Origin: Bacteroidales bacterium
GTDB taxonomy: Bacteria; Bacteroidota; Bacteroidia; Bacteroidales; UBA932
Length of the DNA stretch: 64,000 nucleotides
NCBI GenBank assembly: GCA_017559545.1
Contig: JAFYRK010000002.1
Coordinates: 9,202 to 73,201, forward strand
Direction of reading: 5' to 3'
Positions 29,749-39,985 of this stretch are shown here, in pieces (positions within the stretch are counted from its first letter, which is position 1; every line of letters starts with the position of its first letter). The notes beneath the pieces were generated by a model, which saw nothing but the letters and a program-made list of their open reading frames with translations, ran no database searches and was not told where the DNA came from. The translations under genes were made by a program, and so were the position numbers.

Positions 29749-30999
29749 TTATTTATTGGAGTAGCGACCGGAGGTCATGATCGCAAGGGGGATTTCCTTA
29801 TAGACCATGTCGTATCCCAGACCTGAGCAGGAAATTGATTCTTCGTAATAGAAACCGATATTGCCATTTTTCAGAAGGAGCATTGTGGAGTATGCGGAAG
29901 TGGTTTCGGAAACTTGGTATGGCGTTTCCCAATCTGCGGCAAAGGATTCCGGAGTTATAGAAGTGACATCTTCCGGAAGTTCCTTATAATATATGCCGAC
30001 ATTCTCTCGTTTCGGTCCAAGAGGTACAGACTGAAGTGCAAGGCAAACCTTTTTGCAGTCTTCCTTGCGGACTGCCGGAACTATCAGAATATCACCATTA
30101 CATGCATTCTCAAGTGCGGCACATCCATTCAGATTTCTTCCAGACCCAGCAACCTCACCCCATGCACCTGCTCCCGAAAAAACATCTGAGTACTCATATA
30201 TATTGAAATAGCGTCCTCCCCATGCTCGTGAGCTGATAAGAACACGTCCATCTGGGAGCTCTTCACATTTGGGTTCGTCACCAGGAGGAACAGGAAGAAC
30301 ATCCGGTCCGCCAAGAGATTTCCATATCCTGCCAAAATCATCACTATAAATCACCCTGTTTCCATTCGGACGAGCACAAAGAGCAGCATAGATACGATAA
30401 TGAGTACCAACTTTGATTTGTCGGCTCTGCAATATCTTACCGGAACCTACAAAGCAACTCTCGACACAGCCATAGACAGAGTCATCAAAGAGACTGTAAA
30501 CTGATTCGGTAATCTCTTCCCACTGACTCCAGGTCTTGCCATTGTCATAACTCCTGAGGATAGATATCCTGTTAGGGTTCTGCCTGGTAGTGGTTTCATG
30601 CCAGTAGACAGTCTCTCCGCAGACCATCATCACAAGCACCTCGCCACTCTCCCTGTCCGCAACCATAGCAGCATCTCCAAAACTGCAATCGGTCGCTTTA
30701 GACACTCCTGTTCCTTCTATAAGCACAAACTCCTCTCCCCAAGTTCTTCCTCCATTACGAGAAACTCTGCCATGGATATCCACTCTTCCAAAACCGATAT
30801 CACTGCCACATATACGATAATCTGCCAAGGCAAGAATATCGCCATTATGCATTGCAGCTACAGTTGGAATGCGGTATGGAATACTGTCTGCACTATCAGA
30901 CTGAAACAGCACATGTTCAGTGACATTCTGCCTTACAGCACAGGCAGCGGTCAGCAAAAGGACCGCCACGAAAACCAGATTTCTTAGATAGGACTTCAT
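29749..30999 (-). CDS. GH33 sialidase-family lipoprotein
   Basis: Start ATG 30999 (MKSYLRNL..LTAAC), YRIP motif, Asp-boxes SRNGGRTW, SYDNGKTW and SDDFGRIW, and SAYS. TATCTTTG promoter box at 31007-31014. Confidence 0.88.
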   Translation of the reverse strand: MKSYLRNLVFVAVLLLTAACAVRQNVTEHVLFQSDSADSIPYRIPTVAAMHNGDILALADYRICGSDIGFGRVDIHGRVSRNGGRTWGEEFVLIEGTGVSKATDCSFGDAAMVADRESGEVLVMMVCGETVYWHETTTRQNPNRISILRSYDNGKTWSQWEEITESVYSLFDDSVYGCVESCFVGSGKILQSRQIKVGTHYRIYAALCARPNGNRVIYSDDFGRIWKSLGGPDVLPVPPGDEPKCEELPDGRVLISSRAWGGRYFNIYEYSDVFSGAGAWGEVAGSGRNLNGCAALENACNGDILIVPAVRKEDCKKVCLALQSVPLGPKRENVGIYYKELPEDVTSITPESFAADWETPYQVSETTSAYSTMLLLKNGNIGFYYEESISCSGLGYDMVYKEIPLAIMTSGRYSNK

Positions 31000-31017
31000 A
31001 ATACTGCAAAGATAGAA

Positions 31018-31127
31018 TTGTCTCCGAAAAACCACCCTCTTTTTCGAAGACGACGGCAGAAAAACAGGTAAAAGGCTGCAAAACGACAATCGTCTCGGAA
31101 AACCATTACGATTTTTCCGAGACGATT
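31018..31127. repeat. REP-like hairpin doublet (family A) between sialidase and M3 peptidase
   Basis: TTGTCTCCGAAAAA..TTTTTCGAAGACGA (31018-31053) and AATCGTCTCGGAAAA..TTTTTCCGAGACGATT (31088-31127). Confidence 0.85.
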
Positions 31128-31153
31128 ACTATAAAGATCTATGCAGTGCAAAA

Positions 31154-33181
31154 TTAGAGGCCGCGAGCGCGGGTGAGGGCTGCTGGGTCCGGATCTGCGC
31201 CACGGAAACGACGGTAAAGATCCATTGGCTCGTCACTGCCACCCATTTCAAGGATGTTCTTGCGGTATGAGGTTGCAGTCTCAGGGTCGAAGATACCCTT
31301 CTCCATGAAGAGCTCGAATGCATCCTTGTCAAGCACCTCTGCCCAGAGGTAGCTGTAGTAACCTGCACTATATCCACCGCTGAAGATGTGTGCGAAGTAT
31401 GTAGTGCGGTAACGTGGGATGATCTCGCCGATAAGACCCATCTCTGCGCAAGCCTTAGCCTCGAACTCCATAGGGTCAACACCCTCCATAGACTCCAGCA
31501 TATGCCACTTGAGGTCAAGAATAGCCGCAGCTGCAAGCTCTGTTGTCATAAAGCCCTGGTTGAAGTTAGCAGCAGCCTCGATCTTAGCCACGAGCTCAGC
31601 AGGAATAACCTCGCCTGTCTCATAGTGACGCGCATATGTTGCAAGAACCTCTGGCTGGAATGCCCAGTTCTCCATGATCTGTGATGGGAGCTCAACGAAG
31701 TCACGTGCTACAGATGTACCTGCTACACTCTTGTAAGTACACTGGCTGAGAAGTCCGTGAAGAGCATGTCCGTACTCGTGGAAAAGTGTCTCAACCTGGT
31801 CAAGAGTAAGGAGTGATGGCTTGCCGTCAACTGGCTTAGCGAAGTTACCTACGTTTACGATAACAGGACGGATCTCAACACCGTCAACGATCTCCTGGTT
31901 AACGAAGTTGTTCATCCATGCGCCTCCTCTCTTGGTGCTGCGTGGGAAATAGTCGGTAAGGATAACACCGATGAGTGAACCATCCGCGTCCATTACCTTG
32001 AATCCCTCAACATCAGCGTGGTATGTAGGGATACCCTCAAGCTTCTCATACTGGAGCCCCCAGAGTTTTGTAGTGAGATCGAATACACCCTGACGTACAT
32101 TCTCCATCTGGAAATATGGCTTTGTCTGCTCCTCATCAAGGGCGTACTTTGCCATACGTACCTTCTCAGTGTAGTATGCCCAGTCCCATGGCTCGATCTT
32201 AGAACCCTCTGGAAGAAGACCTGCCTTGATGTCCTGATCCATGATAGCCTGCATATCAACGATCTCCTCCTTTGCCTTCTTTACAGCAGGAGCGATGATG
32301 CCTGCGAGGAATGTGTCAACAGTCTCAGGGTTACCGGCCATCTTGTCGTTGAGGATCATCTGAGCCGGGTTCTCATAACCAAGAAGGTTAGCCTTCTCGA
32401 TACGGAGAGCCATCATCTTCATGATGAGGTCCTTTGTATCGTTCTCATTGCCGTTGTTACCGCGTGAAGCATAAGCCTTGAACATCTTCTCACGAAGCTC
32501 ACGGTCAGCTGTTGCCGCCATTGCTCCACCGTACTCAGAAATAGCAACTCCGAACTCCTCTGCGAAAGCGTTGTTCTCAGCAAGGAGTCTGTTTCCGAAT
32601 GTATTTGAAAGAGATGAAAGCTCCATGTTGATCTCACGCATACGTGCCTGAGAAGCCGCATCAAGAGCGATACCGTTGCTTACAAAGCTGTTGTAGAGCT
32701 TCTTGAGGACCATCTTCTGCTCCTGAGTAAGACCGAGGTTCTCCTCTGACGGTTGAGTTTCTACACAATATTTATTGTATAGAAATTCAACCTTAGCAAA
32801 GAAAGCCGGGTTCATGGTAATGTTGTCTGAATGCGACGAGAGCATAGGGAGAACCTGCTCCACGATTGCATTGAGAGAGTCTGTTCCGTCTGTCTCTGAA
32901 AGGTTGAAGAGGACACCTACAACGCGGTCAAGGATTGCTCCTGACTTCTCGTATGCAGCTACTACATTCTCGAATGTAGGCTCTTCCGTATTTGCAATGA
33001 TCGCATCGATCTCCGCCTGCTGCTGAGCGATACCTGCCTCTACTGCTGGAATGTAATGTTTCTCCTTCACTGCATTGAAGTCAGGGATTCCGTAAGGGGT
33101 ATCCCATCCTTCGATCAGCGGGTTAACCGTATTGCATGCTACTGCTGCCATTGCTGCCAATGTGATTAAAGTCTTCTTCAT
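31154..33181 (-). CDS. M3 family metallopeptidase (Dcp/oligopeptidase A-like) lipoprotein
   Basis: Lipobox AAVAC, KRGGAWM, zinc motif TLFHEYGHALH, RDFVELPSQ and YSAGYYSYLWAEVL. Confidence 0.93.
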   Translation of the reverse strand: MKKTLITLAAMAAVACNTVNPLIEGWDTPYGIPDFNAVKEKHYIPAVEAGIAQQQAEIDAIIANTEEPTFENVVAAYEKSGAILDRVVGVLFNLSETDGTDSLNAIVEQVLPMLSSHSDNITMNPAFFAKVEFLYNKYCVETQPSEENLGLTQEQKMVLKKLYNSFVSNGIALDAASQARMREINMELSSLSNTFGNRLLAENNAFAEEFGVAISEYGGAMAATADRELREKMFKAYASRGNNGNENDTKDLIMKMMALRIEKANLLGYENPAQMILNDKMAGNPETVDTFLAGIIAPAVKKAKEEIVDMQAIMDQDIKAGLLPEGSKIEPWDWAYYTEKVRMAKYALDEEQTKPYFQMENVRQGVFDLTTKLWGLQYEKLEGIPTYHADVEGFKVMDADGSLIGVILTDYFPRSTKRGGAWMNNFVNQEIVDGVEIRPVIVNVGNFAKPVDGKPSLLTLDQVETLFHEYGHALHGLLSQCTYKSVAGTSVARDFVELPSQIMENWAFQPEVLATYARHYETGEVIPAELVAKIEAAANFNQGFMTTELAAAAILDLKWHMLESMEGVDPMEFEAKACAEMGLIGEIIPRYRTTYFAHIFSGGYSAGYYSYLWAEVLDKDAFELFMEKGIFDPETATSYRKNILEMGGSDEPMDLYRRFRGADPDPAALTRARGL

Positions 33182-33206
33182 TTTTAGTTTATAATATTAA
33201 TTTAAA

Positions 33207-33303
33207 AGATTCCCACGTCGGCTTCGCCTCCTCGGAATGACGTGGTCACAACTTCATTGTAAAGCAACATGTCATTGCGAGGCACAAAGTGCCGTGGCAA
33301 TCT
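33207..33303. repeat. CGTC-type palindromic repeat (family B) copy 2
   Basis: AGATTCCCACGTC..CTCGGAATGACG ... TGTCATTGCGAG..CGTGGCAATCT. Confidence 0.8.
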
Positions 33304-33314
33304 TTTTTAAATTT

Positions 33315-34406
33315 TTAATACCAATTAGTACCGTCGGCCTTCCTTACGCCGCTCAGGTCGATAAGGGTAAACTGCGGTTCTCCATTATATTTAGTAAGGA
33401 TACCTGTGAAGGTGACTGTTGCCGTTCCATCAAGAACCTCTGCAGGAATCTTTGTGTCAGCAAAACGAGCATAGCCGCTTGAACGCACCTGGACACCTGT
33501 CGATCCCATTGTGAAATACTGACTCACAGAATAAGCCATAGAGCCGATATTGTAAGTTCCATCCGGATTCTTAAGGCCACCTACTGTTGTGCCTGCAACA
33601 TCTACGTTGTCGAAAATACCAGAATTGAGATACTCCTTCCACTTTGTCTCTGAACAAGCCCATGTATCTACCCACAGATCTTTGTCCGCTGGCTGATTCC
33701 AGCTCTCATCAATGAAGATAGCATTGTTTGTATAATCCTTTCTGTCTCCATTAGGATCTACATATGCAAGTATAAAAATGTAAATTGTCTTATTTGTTTT
33801 TGAATCTTGATCATATCCATAATAACTGTACTTGAGATTCTCGATAGTCACAAGACGACCCATATTTACATCCTTGAGAAGGTCTGCCTCCTTTACAACC
33901 ACTGGCTTTACAGGCTCATCATACTTACCCTTGAACACATGGCTGTCAATGATATAAGCATGCTCCATGTAGCTGGTCTCATACTCTTTAGTCGGATCCT
34001 CATATCCGAGATTGATCATGCCGTGGTAATCACCTATAGTAAGGTCAGTACAATCTACATAGATCCACTGGCCGAGCTTGTACTCGTTGTAAAGACCGTT
34101 CTTTCCGATTTTTACCTCGATACCGGCTGTCTCATCCTGAATATAAAGACTCTTATAGAGGTTACCTACCTGGTCAGATGTTGTCACCTGACCCTTGATA
34201 ACACAGCTCTTGCTGATCTTCACCGGCTTGCCGTTGTACATCTGCTTAAGTTCAGCAATGGTGGTGAACTTATTTCCGAAATCATCGTCAGTGTAGATAT
34301 ACTGCTGCTCTGGATCAGGATACTTGACAGTGAACACAGGCTGGAACTCCTCGCAACTTGCAAGAAGAGACATTGCAGCTAATATTGCTATATATATTCT
34401 TTTCAT
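33315..34406 (-). CDS. DUF5689-like OB-fold lipoprotein
   Basis: Lipobox LLASC, TIAELK..IKGQVTTSDQVGNLYKSLYIQDETAGI, and VRSSGYARFA..GILTKY. Confidence 0.65.
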   Translation of the reverse strand: MKRIYIAILAAMSLLASCEEFQPVFTVKYPDPEQQYIYTDDDFGNKFTTIAELKQMYNGKPVKISKSCVIKGQVTTSDQVGNLYKSLYIQDETAGIEVKIGKNGLYNEYKLGQWIYVDCTDLTIGDYHGMINLGYEDPTKEYETSYMEHAYIIDSHVFKGKYDEPVKPVVVKEADLLKDVNMGRLVTIENLKYSYYGYDQDSKTNKTIYIFILAYVDPNGDRKDYTNNAIFIDESWNQPADKDLWVDTWACSETKWKEYLNSGIFDNVDVAGTTVGGLKNPDGTYNIGSMAYSVSQYFTMGSTGVQVRSSGYARFADTKIPAEVLDGTATVTFTGILTKYNGEPQFTLIDLSGVRKADGTNWY

Positions 34407-34422
34407 AATATCTGAGTTTGAG

Positions 34423-34505
34423 GATTGCCACGGGCCTTCAGCCCTCGCAATGACGTATTAAGAATTCCTACACGTCATTGCGAAGAGCGCAGCGACGTGG
34501 CAATC
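34423..34505. repeat. CGTC-type palindromic repeat (family B) copy 3
   Basis: GATTGCCACGGGCCTTCAGCCCTCGCAATGACG ... CGTCATTGCGAAGAGCGCAGCGACGTGGCAATC. Confidence 0.85.
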
Positions 34506-34509
34506 TCAT

Positions 34510-37467
34510 TTAGAATCTGAAATAAAGGTTCAACATGTAGTTAAAGCCCTGCATATAGAAGTACTTGGAGTCAAAACGGTAGTATCTCTCCATGCTTTTG
34601 CTATCAATAAGACGGGTCTGCTCATAACCACCAGTCTTCACAGCCTTGTTATTGGTAATGTTCTGGAGGTTGAGAGAGAATCCGAAGTTATACTTGCGAT
34701 TGATATACCAAGACTTTCCGATGCTTGCATTAAGGATGAATACAGGGTCGAACTTCTCCTGGGCGGCCATGTACTCAACCTCGGTAGGAGTAATGATCTT
34801 ATCTGGACCGGCAACTGCGAGATCTGTTCTGTAAAGCGGGTTCATATCAAGATATGAGTTCGCGAAGTACTGAGCATCAATCTCGAAGAACCAGTATGAG
34901 TTGGTTCTATAGTTGAAACCGAGGTTTGCAGCAAGCTGTGGAGTAGATGGCACGTAGTGCTTCTGATTACCCTCCTCAATGTAGTTACCATCAACATCCT
35001 GCTCATAGATAGTGACACCGTCCTCTACATATTTCTTGTAAACAGGATGACTTGCCCAATAAGGAACAAGAGCATTCTCTACAATCACCTCTGCACTGTT
35101 ATCCACTGTCTGTGTCATGCGTGGAGTAGAAGTGTAGATGTACTCGCCCCAGCTGAGAGCACCTTCAACAGAAAGTCCCTGTACTGGAAGAGGAACCTTG
35201 AATCCGAGCTCGACACCCATATGACGCTGGTTGATACCGCTCATTGCGAAGTTTGTGAACGAGTTCTGAGTGTCATCATAGAAGCTCATCATATCGGTCT
35301 GATCCATGATCTTTGTAAAGAATCCGGTCACGCGTACATTATATCCGTTATTGCTGTACTGATAATTAAGGTCAGTAGAGAGAGTCTTCATTGTCTCAAG
35401 GTTAGGCACGAGAGAGTTTCTTGTACGAGGAGAAATGAATGACTGCGAGAATGTCGGAGCCTCGTTGAAGTAACCTGCATTAGCATAGACTCTGTGACCG
35501 CCTACGATATGATATTGAAGACCGAGCTTTGCCGAATATGTTAAGAAGTCAGCAACAGCAGACTTGCCCTTTGAAGTGATAGGTACAAGCTCTCCATTGA
35601 CAGTCTCATAAGTTGTAAGACTCTTTCCGTCAACCATGAACTCAGATCCATCATCGTTGAGACCTGGGAAGAGACCCTTCCTTACGAGGCCCTCTCTCCA
35701 GAACTTCTCATAACCCGCCTGAAGAGCAAGGTTTGCCTTGAATGCTCCGAGATCGAGGTCGCCGTTTGCCCAAAGGCCTGCCTTGCGTACATTTGCATAG
35801 TAGTCGTAGCCATACTTGTCACCCTGGTAGAGAGTCTGGGCTGCGCCATATGCCATGTAGTAGTCAAGATCATTCTGAACCATTGCAGGGTTAGAAGCGA
35901 AATCACGCTCAGCGAATGAATCGATGTTGATATAGTACTCACCACCAAGAAGGTCATCAAGAATCTTGTAGTACTCTGTCTTGTTCCATCTGTAGTTGAG
36001 ACCTCCTGTCAAAGTGAAGAACTTAGCTGCGTTCCACTTAAGATTGGCACCGAAGTTAAGGTCATTCTGGTCTACTCGACGCTCCTCTACAATGTACTTA
36101 GAGCGACGGATTCCGTCTGCATCGAGGTTGTTGTAGTTCACGTTGTAGAGACGGTCCCAGTTGAGGTGAGTGTACTCAGGATAATTCTGGGTCCACGCAT
36201 CATATGCCCACGCTGCCTTCTCAGAATTTGCTCTGTCATAGTCAGGATCCTCCATGTAGTAGTAGCTTGGAAGGTTACGATAGTAGTCAGGACGTGGGTC
36301 AGCTGCATCGTACCAGTCCATTGCAGTGTATCCGTTCTTACCTGTTCTCCAAAGCACTGTAGCAGAAGCCTCGAGATCATCTGAAGGATTTGCAGTGTAC
36401 TTGAGGATAGTCACAGGCTCGAAAGTCTTGCGGACACGGGCATTACGCACCTTGCCATTCTGGTAGCCCCAGTTGCTGTTATACATATTGTCACCCATCA
36501 TGTCATACACCTCCTGAGTAGATGCGTTCTGCGCACCTCTCTGACCAGGAGCCGCGAAAGTCACGAGGCTGAGCTTATGAATGTTGCCGAACTTCTTCTC
36601 GACACCGGCATAGTATGCGAAGTTGCGGTAATATACACCCTGGATCCAGTCGTTTCCACCGACACGGGCAGACACGTTGAATGCATATGACCATCCATTG
36701 TCAAGTTCGCCTGAAGCATATGTAGCCATAAGGCGGAGACGATAGAGAGCGCTATTTGTAAGAGCGCTGAAACGCCATCCTGTACGCACAGATGAAGGCA
36801 TTGCGTGAATGTTGGTCACACCGTTGTATCCTCCGAATCCGTAAGGTGACACCTCGTTTCCGACCGTAGTCTCCTTTGCCCTGGTAGCCTCGTTAAGACC
36901 GCTCCAAAGAGAGAATGGAGAATAACCTGTAAGGGCATCGTTCATAGGGATACCGCTCACATAAACCTCCTGAGACTCAGAAGTATAACCTCTGTTCTTG
37001 AAACGGATGTTGCTGAAGCCGAAGCTTGCGATGTTGGTGAATGGGTCGTTAGAACCGAAAAGGATTGAAGGAGAGTCCTCAAAGCCAGAGTCGTCCATAT
37101 CAAACTCAGCGAAGTTTGAGTCATCAACCTCAGTCACAACCTGCTCAATGATCATACCCACGAAGATAAGATCCTTCACATAACCCTCGATGGTCACGTT
37201 CACGTTGGCATCCAGGAAGCCCGGAGCCTTCACTGTCATGTCATACATGCCGTTTGGAAGTCCCTCGATAAGGAAGAATCCGTCAGCATCAGATGTCGCT
37301 GTTGCAAGAGTCTCACCGAACTGAGAGATGGTGAGGGACGCACCGGCAATCGGTGCTCTGCCGGCACGGTTCACCACCGTACCTTTCACGCCTCCCCATT
37401 CACCTTGAGCAAAGAGGGCGGTTGCGCACAGCACTGCTGCGATTGTTAAAAGTACTTTCTTTATCAT
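34510..37467 (-). CDS. TonB-dependent receptor-like outer membrane protein with N-terminal carboxypeptidase-regulatory-like domain
   Basis: Signal peptide, VKGTVVN..PIAGASLTI, plug-like RFKNRGY..VYVSGIPMND, and C-terminal beta-signal YMLNLYFRF. Confidence 0.8.
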   Translation of the reverse strand: MIKKVLLTIAAVLCATALFAQGEWGGVKGTVVNRAGRAPIAGASLTISQFGETLATATSDADGFFLIEGLPNGMYDMTVKAPGFLDANVNVTIEGYVKDLIFVGMIIEQVVTEVDDSNFAEFDMDDSGFEDSPSILFGSNDPFTNIASFGFSNIRFKNRGYTSESQEVYVSGIPMNDALTGYSPFSLWSGLNEATRAKETTVGNEVSPYGFGGYNGVTNIHAMPSSVRTGWRFSALTNSALYRLRLMATYASGELDNGWSYAFNVSARVGGNDWIQGVYYRNFAYYAGVEKKFGNIHKLSLVTFAAPGQRGAQNASTQEVYDMMGDNMYNSNWGYQNGKVRNARVRKTFEPVTILKYTANPSDDLEASATVLWRTGKNGYTAMDWYDAADPRPDYYRNLPSYYYMEDPDYDRANSEKAAWAYDAWTQNYPEYTHLNWDRLYNVNYNNLDADGIRRSKYIVEERRVDQNDLNFGANLKWNAAKFFTLTGGLNYRWNKTEYYKILDDLLGGEYYINIDSFAERDFASNPAMVQNDLDYYMAYGAAQTLYQGDKYGYDYYANVRKAGLWANGDLDLGAFKANLALQAGYEKFWREGLVRKGLFPGLNDDGSEFMVDGKSLTTYETVNGELVPITSKGKSAVADFLTYSAKLGLQYHIVGGHRVYANAGYFNEAPTFSQSFISPRTRNSLVPNLETMKTLSTDLNYQYSNNGYNVRVTGFFTKIMDQTDMMSFYDDTQNSFTNFAMSGINQRHMGVELGFKVPLPVQGLSVEGALSWGEYIYTSTPRMTQTVDNSAEVIVENALVPYWASHPVYKKYVEDGVTIYEQDVDGNYIEEGNQKHYVPSTPQLAANLGFNYRTNSYWFFEIDAQYFANSYLDMNPLYRTDLAVAGPDKIITPTEVEYMAAQEKFDPVFILNASIGKSWYINRKYNFGFSLNLQNITNNKAVKTGGYEQTRLIDSKSMERYYRFDSKYFYMQGFNYMLNLYFRF

Positions 37468-37482
37468 ATTATTTCTATTGTG

Positions 37483-37657
37483 GAGATTGCCACGTCATCC
37501 TTCGGATTCCTCGCAATGACGTATAAACAATCAAATGTCACACACGTCATGAGGAATGACCTTGAACAATCAAATGTCACACACGTCATGAGGAATGACC
37601 TTGAATAACCAAATGTCACACACGTCATTGCGAGGAGCGCAGCGACGTGGCAATCTC
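37483..37657. repeat. CGTC-type palindromic repeat (family B) copy 4, with internal 39-bp tandem repeats
   Basis: GAGATTGCCACG..CTCGCAATGACG ... CGTCATTGCGAG..CGTGGCAATCTC. CAAATGTCACACACGTCAT recurs at 37532, 37571 and 37610. Confidence 0.85.
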
Positions 37658-37662
37658 TTTCA

Positions 37663-38742
37663 CTATTTAGTAATTACAATATAAGTCGGATAGTGGTCAC
37701 TATAACCTCCGATAAACGCTCCGTTAGAGAATGTTCTGAACGGAGTACCCTTGTACTGTCCAGACTGATTAGTCAGGAACTTGGCATTATAGATTCGTCC
37801 GTAATATCCCTTCTTGTGGAGCTGACGAAGTCCGAATGTTCCCTCTGCAGGATGAGCAAGAGCATTGTTGACCAACAGAAGGTCATAAATGCTCCATACT
37901 CCCTGATATGCCAGCGAGCCGAAGCCAGCCTTGAGCATAGAAGTGAAAGGTGAGAAGAACTCTGTATCGGTCACATCTTCCATAAACTCCTTTCCGTGGA
38001 GGTACTCTGCCATTGACGGATCAGTCGGATTGTCGTTCATGTCACCCATGCACACGATCTTGATGCCAGGATACTTCTGTTGCATCTGCATCGCATGATT
38101 ATACATGATCTCGCCACCACGGTCACGAAGCTGATTGCCACCCTTCTTTCCGCCAGCGCGTGATGGAAGATGGGCAACATATATAGCGAAGTGCTCGCCG
38201 TCAATAGTTCCGTGCACCATCAGGATGTCACGAGTTCTGAAATAATCACGCTCTTCCTTAGACTGAATCCAATCGATAGAGCTTCCCTCAAAAGTGAACG
38301 GAATAGACTCACTGTCAAGGTATTTGAACACTTCAGGCTTATAAAGCAGAGCCACATCCACACCACGACGGTCCGGACCGTCATAATGGATGATCTGATA
38401 GTTAGCATCAGCAATCTGTGGTTCCATCACGAGATCCTCGAGAACCAGACGGTTCTCAATCTCAGAAACACCCAAAATCGCATGCCAGGCACCATTCTCT
38501 TCCTTCATTGAACGGATCACCTTCGCCATGTTCTGAAGTTTCTTCTGATACTTTACCTCAGTCCATTTGTTCTTTCCCTCAGGAAGGAACTCCTCATCAT
38601 TCTTTGCAGGGTCGTTGTATGTATCAAAAAGATTCTCAAGATTGTAGAATCCGATCACATAGTTCTGCGAGCCCTTTCCCTGAGCATGTGCGCCTGATGC
38701 AGCAAGCACCAGCGCAGCAAATATTACTAGTATTCTTTTCAT
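37663..38742 (-). CDS. Secreted endonuclease/exonuclease/phosphatase (EEP) family protein
   Basis: Signal peptide from ATG 38742, FYNLENLFD, GVSEIEN, HLPSR, MGDMND and GYSDHYP. Confidence 0.9.
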   Translation of the reverse strand: MKRILVIFAALVLAASGAHAQGKGSQNYVIGFYNLENLFDTYNDPAKNDEEFLPEGKNKWTEVKYQKKLQNMAKVIRSMKEENGAWHAILGVSEIENRLVLEDLVMEPQIADANYQIIHYDGPDRRGVDVALLYKPEVFKYLDSESIPFTFEGSSIDWIQSKEERDYFRTRDILMVHGTIDGEHFAIYVAHLPSRAGGKKGGNQLRDRGGEIMYNHAMQMQQKYPGIKIVCMGDMNDNPTDPSMAEYLHGKEFMEDVTDTEFFSPFTSMLKAGFGSLAYQGVWSIYDLLLVNNALAHPAEGTFGLRQLHKKGYYGRIYNAKFLTNQSGQYKGTPFRTFSNGAFIGGYSDHYPTYIVITK

Positions 38743-38747
38743 ATTCT

Positions 38748-39917
38748 TTACCACCAAACTGATGAGTTAGCCGGATTGGTTGCCTCAATCCTGTCTGCCT
38801 GAGCTGTACCCACCTTCGCAGGAAGATTCACAAACAAATCAATTCCGGTCATTTCCTCAAGCTCGTCAATAGACATAGAGTGATCCTTGGAAACAGCTCC
38901 GGCATATGCCACATGATCATAATAGAATGCAGCCGCATTCCATTGTCCGAATGTAGAAGCCTTACTGTATTTCAACACGGCTTTGAAATATGCAGAAGGA
39001 ACCGCCACTTTATTTCCGTATGAGTCAGTAGTATACTCCTTAGTTGGATTTACCACACAACCTGTCACCACATACAATGTATCCGAGGTTGCTGCCCATC
39101 GTCGCACGGATTCCTCCAAACTTTTCCATCCCTTCTGATTCAAGTCAGGTTCCTGCGGAGTGATATTCGTACCATAGAAGGTCTGAGCATTGGCCTCGTA
39201 GCAACACTGACGGTCATCCGAAGGTATCTGATGTCCTTTGTCGTAATCGTCACCATAATTGGTGAAAGGAGCCGAGGAATCATTTCCCAAATATGGATCA
39301 AGTGCCCATGCGTTGGTACGTCCCACACTTCCGTTAGTGTAAAGATCACAAAGCGGATACGCCACCCAAAGGGCCACACGGTCCTTCTGACTCCAGCCGA
39401 ACGAATAATTGCGATATTTTTTACCATCCATCTTAAAGCTATGAGTGTAATAGCCAAGGTTTGGATCATCCAAAGCTGGAAGTTCAAGCCAACCTGTCTT
39501 GGCAAGGTCTATATCAGGGTCATCATCCGGCTCATCATCAGGACGATATTCGCCTGCATACTGAGTGAAAGTGCAGAATACCGACTTTGAACCATTGTCA
39601 AGATAGATCTTGAGGCTTCTGGCTGTCTCTATCGAGTTTGCCTCCCAGGTTAATCTCACATTGCTCTTGTCGCCTATGCCTGAATACATGTTGAGTGATG
39701 CCCAAGCAGGCTCTTCCGATTCATCGTCAACAAGCGTCAAAGTCCAGTCGCCACTGCACTTCACATCAACGAACTGACTGCCCTGACCAGACGAAACCTT
39801 TGGCTTCTGCAATGAAACTGAAAAATCTCCGGCAGGCACCTTCATACTTGATGGATCGCAAGATATAACCACAGCATAAAACACCGCCAGAAAGAATATT
39901 ACTATAAATTTCTTCAT
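38748..39917 (-). CDS. BACON domain + DNA/RNA non-specific (His-Me) endonuclease lipoprotein
   Basis: Lipobox VVISC, BACON-like W..L..W..N...R, ALWVAYPL, YDKGHQIP, TNITPQ..LNQKGW..LE and VPSAYFK. Confidence 0.9.
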   Translation of the reverse strand: MKKFIVIFFLAVFYAVVISCDPSSMKVPAGDFSVSLQKPKVSSGQGSQFVDVKCSGDWTLTLVDDESEEPAWASLNMYSGIGDKSNVRLTWEANSIETARSLKIYLDNGSKSVFCTFTQYAGEYRPDDEPDDDPDIDLAKTGWLELPALDDPNLGYYTHSFKMDGKKYRNYSFGWSQKDRVALWVAYPLCDLYTNGSVGRTNAWALDPYLGNDSSAPFTNYGDDYDKGHQIPSDDRQCCYEANAQTFYGTNITPQEPDLNQKGWKSLEESVRRWAATSDTLYVVTGCVVNPTKEYTTDSYGNKVAVPSAYFKAVLKYSKASTFGQWNAAAFYYDHVAYAGAVSKDHSMSIDELEEMTGIDLFVNLPAKVGTAQADRIEATNPANSSVWW

Positions 39918-39933
39918 TCTAATTTAGACCATC

Positions 39934-39963
39934 AAAGGGGCTGGCCATCTGACCAGTCCCTTT
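39934..39963. terminator. Hairpin (terminator or mRNA stabiliser) inside the nuclease locus
   Basis: AAAGGGGCTGG..CCAGTCCCTTT. Confidence 0.5.
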
Positions 39964-39985
39964 ATGATGATGATAAAAGCATTTA

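Noticed and set aside
31000-31089. N-terminal extension of the sialidase ORF
   Set aside because: It is translated from the repeat doublet and promoter. The lipoprotein signal begins at ATG 30999.
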